A stretch of DNA of 32,000 nt from Erysipelotrichaceae bacterium (GTDB lineage: Bacteria; Bacillota_I; Bacilli_A; Erysipelotrichales; Erysipelotrichaceae). The notes beneath the pieces are model-generated. The model worked only from the letters and a program-made list of their open reading frames with translations. It searched no databases and was not told where the DNA came from. The translations under genes were made by a program, and so were the position numbers. The stretch lies in the NCBI GenBank assembly GCA_030604855.1, contig JAUVVC010000004.1, positions 150,001-182,000 of the forward strand, given 5' to 3'. Below are positions 1 to 12,285 of the stretch, one piece after another. Numbering within the stretch: the stretch's first letter is position 1; every line of letters begins with the position of its first letter.

Positions 1-1517
<1,517 letters not shown>

Positions 1518-1518
<1 letters not shown>

Positions 1519-1539
1519 CAGGCCTCGTGCCTGTTTTTG
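1518..1539 (+). terminator. Intrinsic terminator after pyrG
   Basis: Stem ACAGGC/GCCTGT with loop CTCGT, followed by TTTTT. Confidence 0.7.
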
Positions 1540-1592
1540 CTTGCAGTGACGGATGTTTGTGAGTATGCTAAAATAGCTATGGAGAATCAACT

Positions 1593-2858
1593 ATGGAAGA
1601 AGTCATCAAAATCGAAGGTGGTCAGAAATTAAAGGGAAGTGTGCGCATCAGTGGTTCAAAGAATGCGACCGTTGCCTTGATTCCTGCCAGTATTCTAGCA
1701 ACTAAAGGTAAAGTCAATATTTTCGGTGTTCCGAACATTTCGGATGTGGGACATTTGAGTCAACTCTTAAGAAGTTTGAATGTGGATGTCATCCAACACG
1801 ACAATGAACATTTGGAGATTGATCCAAGTGTCATGGTCAATATCGCTTTGGATCATCCAGCCGTTACGAAGTTACGTGCATCCTATTATTTCATGGGCGC
1901 ACTATTAGGTCGTTATAAGCAAGTAAATATGAAAATGCCTGGGGGTTGTTACTTGGGTCCTAGACCGATTGATCTACATCTCAAGGGCTTTGAAGCCTTG
2001 GGTGCTCAAATTGAGTATTCACAAGGGAGTTATAAGATTTTTGCGAAGGAATTGATTGGGGCGAAGATTTATTTGGATATTCCCTCTGTTGGGGCAACCA
2101 TCAATATCATGATGGCGGCTGTTTTCGCCAAGGGTCGTACCTCGATTGAGAATGCGGCTAAGGAACCTGAAATCATTGATGTCGCAACCATGCTTAATAA
2201 AATGGGTGCACAGATTCGTGGGGCTGGGACTAATATCATAACCATTGATGGGGTGGAAGAACTTGTCGGTTGTACGCATGAAATCATTCCCGATCGTATT
2301 GAAGCGGGAACGTTCATTGTCATTGCGGCGGCAGCAGCTGACGAAATGGTGATCGAGAATGTCATTCCGCATCATTTAGAAGCGTTATTATCGAAGTTAG
2401 AGGAAATGGGTGTACCCATGACCATTGAGATTGATAAGGTTACGGTACGTGGTTCCGATCATCTTAAGGATGTGGATATTCAAACCATGCCGTATCCAGG
2501 TTTTCCGACCGATCTCCAACAACCTTTAACACCTTTGCTCACACGTGCGAATGGTGAGTCGACGGTGAAAGAAACCATCTACATTGAACGATTCAAACAC
2601 TGTATTGAACTGCAACGCATGGGTGCGAATATAAACATCATCCCAGCTTCTGCCATCATTCATGGACCTTCGCGTCTATATGGGGACAAGGTTACTGCTA
2701 CGGATCTGCGTTGTGGTGCCAGCTTGGTTGTGGCGGGCTTGATGGCTGAAGGTGTGACGGAAATCCATGATATCTATCATATTGATCGAGGTTATGAGAA
2801 TTTAGATGGAAAATTGCGTGATTTGGGAGCCAATATCTGGCGTGAGAATGTAGAATAA
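1593..2858 (+). CDS. murA: UDP-N-acetylglucosamine 1-carboxyvinyltransferase
   Basis: 421 aa, full-length MurA-like protein with the active-site loop [16 protein letters not shown] (Cys form). SD GGAGA lies 8 nt upstream of the ATG. Confidence 0.95.
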   Translation: MEEVIKIEGGQKLKGSVRISGSKNATVALIPASILATKGKVNIFGVPNISDVGHLSQLLRSLNVDVIQHDNEHLEIDPSVMVNIALDHPAVTKLRASYYFMGALLGRYKQVNMKMPGGCYLGPRPIDLHLKGFEALGAQIEYSQGSYKIFAKELIGAKIYLDIPSVGATINIMMAAVFAKGRTSIENAAKEPEIIDVATMLNKMGAQIRGAGTNIITIDGVEELVGCTHEIIPDRIEAGTFIVIAAAAADEMVIENVIPHHLEALLSKLEEMGVPMTIEIDKVTVRGSDHLKDVDIQTMPYPGFPTDLQQPLTPLLTRANGESTVKETIYIERFKHCIELQRMGANINIIPASAIIHGPSRLYGDKVTATDLRCGASLVVAGLMAEGVTEIHDIYHIDRGYENLDGKLRDLGANIWRENVE

Positions 2859-2887
2859 CGCAAGTCCTGTAATCCTAGGATAAAGTA

Positions 2888-2916
2888 TTGCAAGAATAAA
2901 TTTGCTGTGATATAGT
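2888..2916 (+). promoter_or_regulatory. Candidate sigma-A promoter for rpmE
   Basis: TTGCAA (2888-2893), 17-nt spacer, TATAGT (2911-2916), preceded by a TGn extended -10 element (TGATATAGT). Confidence 0.55.
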
Positions 2917-2968
2917 AATCACGCACTTACTTTGGATTGATGAGAAATCCAAGGCGGAAGGAGAAACT

Positions 2969-3172
2969 ATGAAAACCGGAATTCATCCAACTTATAACAA
3001 AGTCGTTGTTCATTGTACTTCTTGTGGAAATGAATTTGAATCGGGTTCTACCTTAAAAGATATCAAGGTTGATACCTGCTCAAATTGCCATCCTTTCTAC
3101 ACAGGACGTCAACGCTTTGCGCAAGCACAAGGACGCATTGAGAAGTTTAATCGTAAATACGGCAGTAAATAA
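2969..3172 (+). CDS. rpmE: 50S ribosomal protein L31, Zn-ribbon (C+) type
   Basis: 67 aa starting MKTGIHPTY. Two Cys pairs: CTSC and CSNC. SD GGAAGGAG upstream. Confidence 0.95.
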   Translation: MKTGIHPTYNKVVVHCTSCGNEFESGSTLKDIKVDTCSNCHPFYTGRQRFAQAQGRIEKFNRKYGSK

Positions 3173-3198
3173 GGAGAACATGCGTTCTCTTTTATTTT
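3173..3198 (+). terminator. Intrinsic terminator after rpmE
   Basis: Stem GAGAAC/GTTCTC with loop ATGC, followed by TTTTATTTT. Confidence 0.7.
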
Positions 3199-3239
3199 GA
3201 GTATGGTAAAATAAATTCGACAATGTGAGGTTTAATTCT

Positions 3240-3836
3240 ATGATGTATCAAATGTATCGTCCGGGTTATATTGAAGTGATTTCAGGTTGCATGTTTGCGG
3301 GAAAAACAGAGGAATTGATTCGACGAATCAAGACCCTTGAATTCGCAAAAAAGAATGTCTTGGTCTTCAAACCAGCCATTGATAATCGCTACAGCAACAC
3401 CAAGGTCGTATCGCATGCCGGAAGTTCGGTTGAGAGCATCGTTGTGCCGGATGCACGATCGATTTTGGATTTCGTGAAGGATGATACAGATGTGGTTGCG
3501 ATTGATGAGATCCAATTCTTTGATGAGGATGTCTTGTTGGTTTGTGACTATTTGGCCAAGAAAGGTCTTCGTGTCATGGCTGCAGGTCTGGACACGGATT
3601 TTAGAGCGGAACCCTTTGGCGTCATGCCGAGACTTATCACGGATGCGGAGTTTGTGACGAAGTTGACAGCGGTTTGTATGAAGTGTGGTGCACCAGCGAC
3701 ACGGACACAACGTCTGGTCAATGGAAGACCTGCTCAATATACCGATCCGATTATCATGGTAGGGGCTGCAGAAGCGTATGAAGCGCGTTGCCGGCATTGC
3801 CATGAAGTGATTGGAAAACCTACGATTGAAGACTAA
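3240..3836 (+). CDS. tdk: Thymidine kinase
   Basis: P-loop [11 protein letters not shown] and Zn site CMKCG...CRHCH. I prefer the ATG at 3240 (GAGG 9 nt upstream) over the GTG at 3225 given in the ORF track. Confidence 0.9.
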   Translation: MMYQMYRPGYIEVISGCMFAGKTEELIRRIKTLEFAKKNVLVFKPAIDNRYSNTKVVSHAGSSVESIVVPDARSILDFVKDDTDVVAIDEIQFFDEDVLLVCDYLAKKGLRVMAAGLDTDFRAEPFGVMPRLITDAEFVTKLTAVCMKCGAPATRTQRLVNGRPAQYTDPIIMVGAAEAYEARCRHCHEVIGKPTIED

Positions 3837-3859
3837 AGTAACCGTGAGGTTACTTTTAT
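3836..3859 (+). terminator. Probable intrinsic terminator after tdk
   Basis: Stem AAGTAACC/GGTTACTT with loop GTGA, then TTTTAT (a short U-tract). Confidence 0.55.
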
Positions 3860-3898
3860 GACCGAGAGGTCTTTCGCCCATTTGGGCAGAGGTGTGGA

Positions 3899-4981
3899 AT
3901 GGAAAGCTATAAGGTGATGGTAGAGAGACTGGATAAAATGCAGAGTCGCTCTAAAGAATTGGATGAAATCTTGATGAAGCCGGAAGTTTTAGGCGATTCA
4001 CGTGAATACGCAAAGCTTGCGAAAGAACAATCTTCTTTACGTCAAGTGGTGGAAGCGTATGAGGAGTTGAATCTTCTCATCAAACATATTGAAGAAGCTG
4101 AGCAGATGACAAAGGAAAAAGATCCTGAGATGCGGGAGTTGGCAGAGCTTGAACTGGAAGAATTGATCCCCAATCGCGATGCCTTGTTGGAAAAGTTGGA
4201 AGTTCTCTTGATTCCAAAGGATCCCAACGATGATCACAACTGCATCCTTGAAATCCGTGGGGCTGCTGGTGGGGATGAAGGCAATATCTTTGCAGGGGAT
4301 CTCTTTAGAATGTATACCAAGTATGCGGAAGCCATGGGTTGGAAAGTCGAAGTGATGGAAGCGGTTGAGGCTGTTGCGGGTGGTTATACCTTGATTTCGT
4401 TCTATGTCAAAGGCAATGAAGTGTATAAACATTTGAAATTTGAATCCGGTTCACATCGTGTTCAACGTGTTCCAAAAACAGAGACACAAGGACGGATCCA
4501 TACCTCTACGGCAACGGTTTTAGCCATGCCGGATGTGGAAGAAGAAGAAATCGATATCAATCCTGCGGATTTGGTAATAGAAACGCATCGTTCAAGTGGA
4601 GCGGGTGGACAGCACGTCAATAAGACGGATTCAGCTGTTCGCATTACACATACCCCAACGGGGATATCGGTCAACTGTCAGGATGGACGTTCCCAACATG
4701 ACAATAAGGCAACCGCATTGCGTTTGATTCGTGCGCGTGTCTTTGAAGAGATGCAAGAACGTGCGGAAGCGGAAAAAGGGGCGGAGCGCCGAAATAAGAT
4801 CGGAAGTGGGGATCGCTCTGAGAAGATCCGTACCTACAACTATCCACAGAACCGTGTGACCGATCATCGCATCGGTTTGACTTTACAGCAGTTGGATCGA
4901 ATCGTGGAAGGAAAACTACACGATGTGGTTGATGCCTTGATGCTTGAGGAACAACGACAAAAACTTGCAGGGAACGTATGA
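3899..4981 (+). CDS. prfA: Peptide chain release factor 1
   Basis: GGQ motif (SGAGGQHVNKTDSAVR) and PxT tripeptide (PKT, 4472-4480). 360 aa. The stop overlaps the prmC start (ATGA). Confidence 0.95.
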   Translation: MESYKVMVERLDKMQSRSKELDEILMKPEVLGDSREYAKLAKEQSSLRQVVEAYEELNLLIKHIEEAEQMTKEKDPEMRELAELELEELIPNRDALLEKLEVLLIPKDPNDDHNCILEIRGAAGGDEGNIFAGDLFRMYTKYAEAMGWKVEVMEAVEAVAGGYTLISFYVKGNEVYKHLKFESGSHRVQRVPKTETQGRIHTSTATVLAMPDVEEEEIDINPADLVIETHRSSGAGGQHVNKTDSAVRITHTPTGISVNCQDGRSQHDNKATALRLIRARVFEEMQERAEAEKGAERRNKIGSGDRSEKIRTYNYPQNRVTDHRIGLTLQQLDRIVEGKLHDVVDALMLEEQRQKLAGNV

Positions 4982-5820
4982 TTCGCGATCTTTTAAGGGA
5001 TGCGGAAAAACGTTTATTGGATAAAGACATTCCCGAGCAATACGCCAAGTATGTGATGAATGAGCTCTTGGATAAGCAAGGAAAGAATCTTTATTTGGTT
5101 ATGAATGAAGTATTGGATGAAGCGACTTTGTTGGAGTTCAATGCAATCATGGAAAAGTTGCTGGAGGATGTGCCGTTGGCGTATGCCATGGGGATTCAAT
5201 ATTTCTATGGTTATCCAATTCATGTGAATGAACATGTGTTGATTCCACGTTATGAAACGGAAGAATTGGTGCTTAAAGTGATCATGGAGATTGATGAACA
5301 CTTCTCTGATGAACCCATTCAAGTGATTGATGTTGGGACCGGCAGTGGTGCGATTGCTTGTGTGCTCAAAGCGGAATGTCCTCAGATCAAAATGGCAGCG
5401 AGTGATATCAGTTCTGATGCCTTGAATGAAGCCCGTTTGAATGCTCAGCAGTTGAATGTGGATGTGGACTTCTATGAAGGGGATATGTTGGCTCCTTTTA
5501 TTGAACGAAATTTCAAAGTGGATGTGATCGTATGCAATCCACCATATATACCTCAAGCTGAAACCTTGGAGCGCAGTGTCAAAGATTTCGAACCGCATGT
5601 GGCTTTGTTTGGAGGTGAAGATGGTTTGATGTTTTATCGTAGCGTCTTAAGTAAAGCGCATGCGATTTTGAATCCAAAATTCGTTATAGCATTTGAAATG
5701 GGTTGGGATCAAGGTGAAGTATTGACCAAGCTGGCTAAGCATCATTTTCCCAATTCTCAAGTGGAAGTCGTGAAAGATATGCAAGGCAAAGATCGGATGC
5801 TTTTTGTAAAACATATATAA
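4978..5820 (+). CDS. prmC: Release-factor glutamine N5-methyltransferase
   Basis: SAM-binding motif VIDVGTGSGAI and catalytic NPPY. Translationally coupled to prfA. Confidence 0.9.
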   Translation: MIRDLLRDAEKRLLDKDIPEQYAKYVMNELLDKQGKNLYLVMNEVLDEATLLEFNAIMEKLLEDVPLAYAMGIQYFYGYPIHVNEHVLIPRYETEELVLKVIMEIDEHFSDEPIQVIDVGTGSGAIACVLKAECPQIKMAASDISSDALNEARLNAQQLNVDVDFYEGDMLAPFIERNFKVDVIVCNPPYIPQAETLERSVKDFEPHVALFGGEDGLMFYRSVLSKAHAILNPKFVIAFEMGWDQGEVLTKLAKHHFPNSQVEVVKDMQGKDRMLFVKHI

Positions 5821-5828
5821 TCGAGTCT

Positions 5829-5865
5829 AGGCAATCAAGCACAAGAAATTTGATTGCCTTTTTAT
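5829..5865 (+). terminator. Intrinsic terminator after prmC
   Basis: 10-bp stem AGGCAATCAA/TTGATTGCCT with an 11-nt loop, followed by TTTTTAT. Confidence 0.7.
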
Positions 5866-5996
5866 ATTCAGAACGGATTGAGATGAAAGTGAAGTTTGTG
5901 TAAAATCGAAAGGATGAACACATTGACTCAAGGGGTTTGTGTTAAAATAATTGAAGAGTTTACACGATCGTAGCGATTGGCGATAGGAGATGGAGA

Positions 5997-6455
5997 ATGA
6001 AAATTGCACTTGCTTGTGATCATGGCGCATTTGAACACAAAGAAGCCATCAAGCTTCATTTGTTGAAGAAAGGTCATCAGGTCCAAGACTTCGGTACGCA
6101 TAGCGAAGAGAGTATGGATTATCCCGATACGGTTTATCCTGCATCTTGTTCGGTTGCGGACACATCCAACGACTTTGGTATTGTTTTATGTGGGACAGGA
6201 ATTGGGGCAAGCATCGTAGCCAATAAGGTTAAGGGTGTCCGCTGTGCTTTGGTGTATGATCCAAAGGTTGCGGAGATCACGCGGATGCATAATGATACCA
6301 ATGTCTTGGCTTTAGGGGGTCGTTTGACATCGGTTGCGGTCGCACTGGAGATTGTCGATAAATGGTTGGGTTCTTCTTTTTCACAAGAAGAACGGCATAA
6401 GAATCGCATAGATAAGATTTGTCGTATTGAGGAGACTGAGAATGATCATGAATGA
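5997..6455 (+). CDS. rpiB: Ribose-5-phosphate isomerase B
   Basis: 152 aa, [11 protein letters not shown]...[10 protein letters not shown], typical of the RpiB/LacAB family. Confidence 0.9.
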   Translation: MKIALACDHGAFEHKEAIKLHLLKKGHQVQDFGTHSEESMDYPDTVYPASCSVADTSNDFGIVLCGTGIGASIVANKVKGVRCALVYDPKVAEITRMHNDTNVLALGGRLTSVAVALEIVDKWLGSSFSQEERHKNRIDKICRIEETENDHE

Positions 6456-7680
6456 TCCAGTTTTAAAGGATTTATTGGTTCAAGAAGCCATCGCAAAGGA
6501 ACATGCACGTCAGTTGAATAACATTGAACTGATTGCTTCTGAGAATTATGTTTCCCAGGATGTTTTGGCAGCGGTGGGCAGTGTCTTGACCAATAAGTAT
6601 GCGGAAGGCTATCCAAGAGCTCGCTACTATGGGGGCTGTGAAGAGGTTGATGTGATTGAAGACTTGGCACGTCAACGGGCCTGTGAACTTTTCGGTGCGG
6701 AACATGCGAATGTTCAGCCGCATTCCGGTTCGCAAGCAAACATGGGTGTCTATATGGCGGTTCTTCAACCTGGGGATGTCGTATTAGGTATGGATCTCTC
6801 TGCAGGGGGACATTTGACGCATGGTCATCCTTTGAACTTCTCTGGTATGCTTTATCATTTTGAATCGTATGGGGTCGATCCGATCACGTCACGTATTGAT
6901 TACGAAGCGCTTCGTTTGAAGGCAATGGACGTCAAACCTAAGTTGATTGTGGCTGGTGCGAGTGCGTATCCGTTCATCATCGATTTTAAGAAGTTCAGGG
7001 ATATCGCAGATGAAGTGGGTGCTTTATTGTTGGTGGATATGGCACATATCGCAGGCCTTGTGGCGACGGGATTCCATCCTTCCCCTGTTCCGTATGCGGA
7101 TTTCGTGACGAGCACGACACATAAGACCTTACGCGGACCACGTGGGGGTCTGATTCTGTGCAAGAAGGAATATGCACAATTATTGGATAAAAAAGTGTTT
7201 CCTGGAATGCAAGGGGGACCCTTGATGCATGTGATTGCAGGGAAAGCTGTCTGTTTTTATGAAGCCTTGCAGCCTGAATTTAAAACCTATGTAGAAAGTT
7301 TGTTAAAAAATTTACAAACTTTGGTAGCGGAATTGCGTGATTTAGGGTATAACATTGTAGGGGATGGTTCAGATAATCATCTCTGTTTAGTAAATGTCAA
7401 AGCTTCGGTGGGATTGTCCGGCAAAAAGGCTGAACGCTTGTTGGATGAAATTGGAATCACTTGTAATAAAAACAGCATTCCATTTGATCCGGAAAAGCCG
7501 ATGGTCACATCGGGTATTCGCTTAGGTACCGCTGCGATGACCACACGTGGTTTCGGCGAAGCAGAGTTTAAACAAGTGGCACATTGGATCGATGCGGTAT
7601 TGCGCAATCCTGAAGATGAAGCGCTTAAGCAAGAGATTCGTGAAGCTGTGAGTGCATTGACGCGCCAGTTTCCGCACTAA
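6442..7680 (+). CDS. glyA: Serine hydroxymethyltransferase
   Basis: PLP-lysine motif [14 protein letters not shown] and ELIASENY. I prefer the ATG at 6442 (GAGGAG 7 nt upstream) over the TTG at 6427. Overlaps the 3' end of rpiB. Confidence 0.93.
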   Translation: MIMNDPVLKDLLVQEAIAKEHARQLNNIELIASENYVSQDVLAAVGSVLTNKYAEGYPRARYYGGCEEVDVIEDLARQRACELFGAEHANVQPHSGSQANMGVYMAVLQPGDVVLGMDLSAGGHLTHGHPLNFSGMLYHFESYGVDPITSRIDYEALRLKAMDVKPKLIVAGASAYPFIIDFKKFRDIADEVGALLLVDMAHIAGLVATGFHPSPVPYADFVTSTTHKTLRGPRGGLILCKKEYAQLLDKKVFPGMQGGPLMHVIAGKAVCFYEALQPEFKTYVESLLKNLQTLVAELRDLGYNIVGDGSDNHLCLVNVKASVGLSGKKAERLLDEIGITCNKNSIPFDPEKPMVTSGIRLGTAAMTTRGFGEAEFKQVAHWIDAVLRNPEDEALKQEIREAVSALTRQFPH

Positions 7681-7694
7681 AAAAGGAGAACACT

Positions 7695-8315
7695 ATGTTA
7701 CATGTATTAGATCATCCATTGATTAAACACAAACTAACCCAAATGCGTCAAAAGGATACGGGAACGAAAGATTTCCGTCAAAATTTAGATGAGATTGCGG
7801 GCTTGATGGCTTATGAGATCACGCGTGATGTGCCAACACAAAAGGTTTCGATCGTTACACCGGTTGCGCCTTGTGAAACAGAAGAGTTGGCTAAGGAAAT
7901 CGTTTTGGTTCCAATTCTACGTGCTGGTTTGGGTATGGTGAATGGGATTCGCAATTTGGTTCCTACAGCGAAAGTAGGTCACGTGGGACTCTATCGTGAT
8001 GAAGAAACCTTGGAGCCGCATGAATATTATGCAAAGTTTCCGTCAAATTTACCTGAAGCGGTGGTGTTTGTATTGGATCCAATGTTGGCGACGGGGGGGT
8101 CTGCAAGTGCAGCAATCACGATCGTCAAACAACGTGGTGCCAAGACGGTCAAGTTGATCTGTTTGGTGGGTGCGCCTGAAGGGGTTCAACGCATTGTGGA
8201 AGATCATCCGGATGTGGATATCTATCTTGCGGCTTTGGATGAGAAGCTGAATGAGCATGGTTATATCGTCCCTGGTTTAGGTGATGCGGGCGATCGTATA
8301 TTCGGAACCAAATAA
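7695..8315 (+). CDS. upp: Uracil phosphoribosyltransferase
   Basis: 206 aa. PRPP-binding motif [11 protein letters not shown] and C-terminal [13 protein letters not shown]. Confidence 0.95.
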   Translation: MLHVLDHPLIKHKLTQMRQKDTGTKDFRQNLDEIAGLMAYEITRDVPTQKVSIVTPVAPCETEELAKEIVLVPILRAGLGMVNGIRNLVPTAKVGHVGLYRDEETLEPHEYYAKFPSNLPEAVVFVLDPMLATGGSASAAITIVKQRGAKTVKLICLVGAPEGVQRIVEDHPDVDIYLAALDEKLNEHGYIVPGLGDAGDRIFGTK

Positions 8316-8358
8316 GTCTTGAATTGGTATTTATGTTAAAATTAAGAAGGCTATCAAG

Positions 8359-8718
8359 ATGAAAGAACTCCTGAGAAATCGATTTACAGTGTTGATTATT
8401 TCGGGCTTATTGGTAAGCCTTGGTCTTTTGCTTGTGGGCTTTAGTTGGTCCTTAGGCTTTCTCTTGGGTTTCGCATTTTCTTTCTTGACCGTTAATATCA
8501 CGAAGTATCAGGTGGACTCTGTTTTATTCAATCGAACACAATCGTGGACGACCTATGTAAAATTCATTATGGGTAATTTGATTTATATTGTGCCTTTTAT
8601 CATCAGTATCTTGTTGTATGATTGGTTCAATTTATTCGCGGTTGGGATTGGCTTATTGTATTTTAAGTATTTCATCTTCATCTCTGAAATATTCTTCAGG
8701 CAAAAGGAGAATAAATGA
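8359..8718 (+). CDS. atpI: ATP synthase protein I-like small membrane protein
   Basis: 119 aa and very hydrophobic. Sits immediately upstream of atpB and overlaps it (ATGA). The call rests on position and topology only. Confidence 0.55.
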   Translation: MKELLRNRFTVLIISGLLVSLGLLLVGFSWSLGFLLGFAFSFLTVNITKYQVDSVLFNRTQSWTTYVKFIMGNLIYIVPFIISILLYDWFNLFAVGIGLLYFKYFIFISEIFFRQKENK

Positions 8719-9419
8719 TTCTATCAAGTGGACAAACGCTTGTCGTGCAAGTTGAGGTCTTTTCAATCCTACTGGTCACAGCAGGAATTTTCGTCTTTCT
8801 ATTCATGGTGAATACGGCAATTGTGAAGAGTGATCCTTTGGCGAAACCGAAGGGTTTGGTTCTGATAGGGATGCTTTATTATGAGTTCATTCAAGGATTG
8901 ACCAATGACAACATGGGGAAAAGGACGGCTGTTGCGTATGGACCTTACATTGGGGCGATTGCAATGTTCATGGCGGTTAGTAATTTATCTGGCTTGATTG
9001 GCTTATCGCAACCTACAGCGAATTACAGCGTTACACTAACCTTGGCTTTGATTACGTTCTTTTTGATTCAAAGAACGAAGATTCATTACAATGGCGTCTG
9101 GGGTTATATCAAAGGTTTCTTCGAACCGTTTGCGCCTTTTGTGGTCATGAACTTGTTTGGTTTGGTTGCGCCGCTGTTATCGATGTCACTCCGTTTATTT
9201 GGAAACATCACATCGGGTGGAACTTTGATGCAATTGTTCTATTTGTTTACGGGCTTTCTTTCGAGTTTGTTTCCATTCATTGGGAACTTCAATTTCATCG
9301 GAATATTTTTAGCTCCGTTCTTGCATTCGTATTTTGATATTTTCTCAGGTTTGATTCAAATGTATATATTCATAATGTTAACAACGATCTTCATTGGGAA
9401 TGAAATACCCCAAGAATGA
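8715..9419 (+). CDS. atpB: F0F1 ATP synthase subunit a
   Basis: Polytopic protein with the conserved stator Arg motif LSLRLFGNITSG. SD AAGGAG upstream. Confidence 0.9.
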   Translation: MILSSGQTLVVQVEVFSILLVTAGIFVFLFMVNTAIVKSDPLAKPKGLVLIGMLYYEFIQGLTNDNMGKRTAVAYGPYIGAIAMFMAVSNLSGLIGLSQPTANYSVTLTLALITFFLIQRTKIHYNGVWGYIKGFFEPFAPFVVMNLFGLVAPLLSMSLRLFGNITSGGTLMQLFYLFTGFLSSLFPFIGNFNFIGIFLAPFLHSYFDIFSGLIQMYIFIMLTTIFIGNEIPQE

Positions 9420-9446
9420 TAAATCCATGCAAAGGAGGCTATACAC

Positions 9447-9683
9447 ATGGGAGATATTGGTAGAGGACTTATTGCGGTCGGCGCTGGTTTAGCGGTTATG
9501 ACCGGTATGATGACCGGTGCTGGTCAAGGGTATGCGGCGGGTAAGGCTGTTGAGGCGGTAGGACGTAATCCTGAAGCTGAAGGCAAGATTCGTTCGATGC
9601 TTATTTTGGGTGCTGCGATTGCGGAAACCTGTGCGATCTACGGTATGTTGATTGCGTTCTTATTGATGTTTGTATTCCAATAA
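9447..9683 (+). CDS. atpE: F0F1 ATP synthase subunit c
   Basis: 78-aa hairpin proteolipid with loop GRNPEA and ion-binding Glu in AIAETCAIYG. See the finding on its Na+ signature. Confidence 0.95.
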   Translation: MGDIGRGLIAVGAGLAVMTGMMTGAGQGYAAGKAVEAVGRNPEAEGKIRSMLILGAAIAETCAIYGMLIAFLLMFVFQ

Positions 9684-9711
9684 AAAACGAGTGTAAAAAG
9701 GTGGTGAGTCT

Positions 9712-10221
9712 ATGGGTCTAGAATTAGATATCGCGGGGAAACTGTTTCCGAATATCATGACGATGGCGGTCCAATTGCTTGCGACCGGGGTTTTGTTCTG
9801 GGGATTTAAGAAGTTGCTATGGGTACCCATGCAGAACTATCTTCAGAAACGTGCGGATGTTGCGGATCAAGCTTTGCGGGATGCTCATGAAGCGAAATTG
9901 TTAGCTGAACAGCGTCACAAAGAAGCGGAAGCGCTTTTGGGTAAGGCTGCGATAGATGCCAAGGAATTGATTGAGAGCGGTAAGCAAGAGGGCATTCGTG
10001 TCAAAGAATTGTTATTGGCTGAAGCAAAAGACGAAGCGGATAACAAGTTGAACTCTGCTCTTCGTGAAATATCCCATCAAAAAGCACAGATGCGAGAAGA
10101 AATCGAATCTGAGATCATTGATGTGGCGCTTTTAGCGGCTACAAAATTGATTGAAGGCAAAATGGATGAAACCGAGGATCGTCGTCAGATTCAACATTTC
10201 ATTAAGGATGTTCGTAATTAA
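9712..10221 (+). CDS. atpF: F0F1 ATP synthase subunit b
   Basis: One N-terminal TM segment followed by a long charged helix. Position in the operon supports the call. Confidence 0.85.
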   Translation: MGLELDIAGKLFPNIMTMAVQLLATGVLFWGFKKLLWVPMQNYLQKRADVADQALRDAHEAKLLAEQRHKEAEALLGKAAIDAKELIESGKQEGIRVKELLLAEAKDEADNKLNSALREISHQKAQMREEIESEIIDVALLAATKLIEGKMDETEDRRQIQHFIKDVRN

Positions 10222-10760
10222 TGAAAAAGGTTGCTTCAAAATATGCGGTCGCGGTTTTTGAGCTTGCTCAAGAGCAGAAACTTGAAGAACAGTTTTATCG
10301 TGAAATGCATCAGATTGATGGCATTCTCTCAACTCACCCTGAAATAATTCAGTTATTGAATAAAACACAGTTTACAAAACAACAAAAGAAAGATCTGATC
10401 AAGGATATTTTTGCTAAAGTGATTCATCCTTTTCTCTTGAACACCTTCTATCTTTTGGTGGATAAAAATAGAAGTTTGATTTTACCTCAACTTACCAAGG
10501 AATATCGACATATCCACAACCAACACTTTAAGATTCTTGAAGCAGTGGCCTACTCGGTGAGTCCGCTGAGTGATGAGGAGTTGCGTGAACTTGAGAAGAG
10601 TTTGGGTGATCGTGAGAAACAAGCGGTTTCACTTGTGAATCGAATTGATCCAACATTGATCAGCGGCATCAAGATTCGTTTTGAAGACAAAGTCATCGAC
10701 GGTTCGATGAAAGCACGAATTGAAAACATGCGTGCGATTTTACGTGAAGGAAGGTCATAA
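10221..10760 (+). CDS. atpH: F0F1 ATP synthase subunit delta
   Basis: 179 aa OSCP-like protein. Start overlaps the atpF stop (TAATG). Position in the operon supports the call. Confidence 0.85.
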   Translation: MKKVASKYAVAVFELAQEQKLEEQFYREMHQIDGILSTHPEIIQLLNKTQFTKQQKKDLIKDIFAKVIHPFLLNTFYLLVDKNRSLILPQLTKEYRHIHNQHFKILEAVAYSVSPLSDEELRELEKSLGDREKQAVSLVNRIDPTLISGIKIRFEDKVIDGSMKARIENMRAILREGRS

Positions 10761-12284
<1,524 letters not shown>

Positions 12285-12285
12285 A

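Noticed and set aside
2872-2881. 10-bp perfect palindrome ATCCTAGGAT just after murA.
   Set aside because: It has no loop and no U-tract, so it is not a terminator. A short palindrome containing an AvrII-like site can easily arise by chance.
3282-3881. 199-aa ORF antisense to tdk. Similar long antisense ORFs occur at 5014-5598 (opposite prmC), 22923-23522 (opposite lysS), 27117-27566 (opposite nrdJ) and 28940-29269 (opposite the DUF4430-like gene).
   Set aside because: Each lies entirely within a well-supported conserved gene on the other strand. Their composition is low-complexity or odd, and none has an SD. These are typical shadow ORFs.
4472-4480. The RF1 anticodon-mimic tripeptide reads PKT rather than the textbook PAT.
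   Set aside because: The motif is PxT with a variable middle residue (B. subtilis has PET, from memory). This is not evidence of altered stop-codon recognition.
8331-8342. Promoter for the atp operon (TGTTAAAAT extended -10, with TTGAAT only 12 nt upstream).
   Set aside because: The spacing to the -35-like hexamer is wrong, and no terminator separates upp from atpI. Read-through from upp is equally plausible, so this is too weak to list as a feature.
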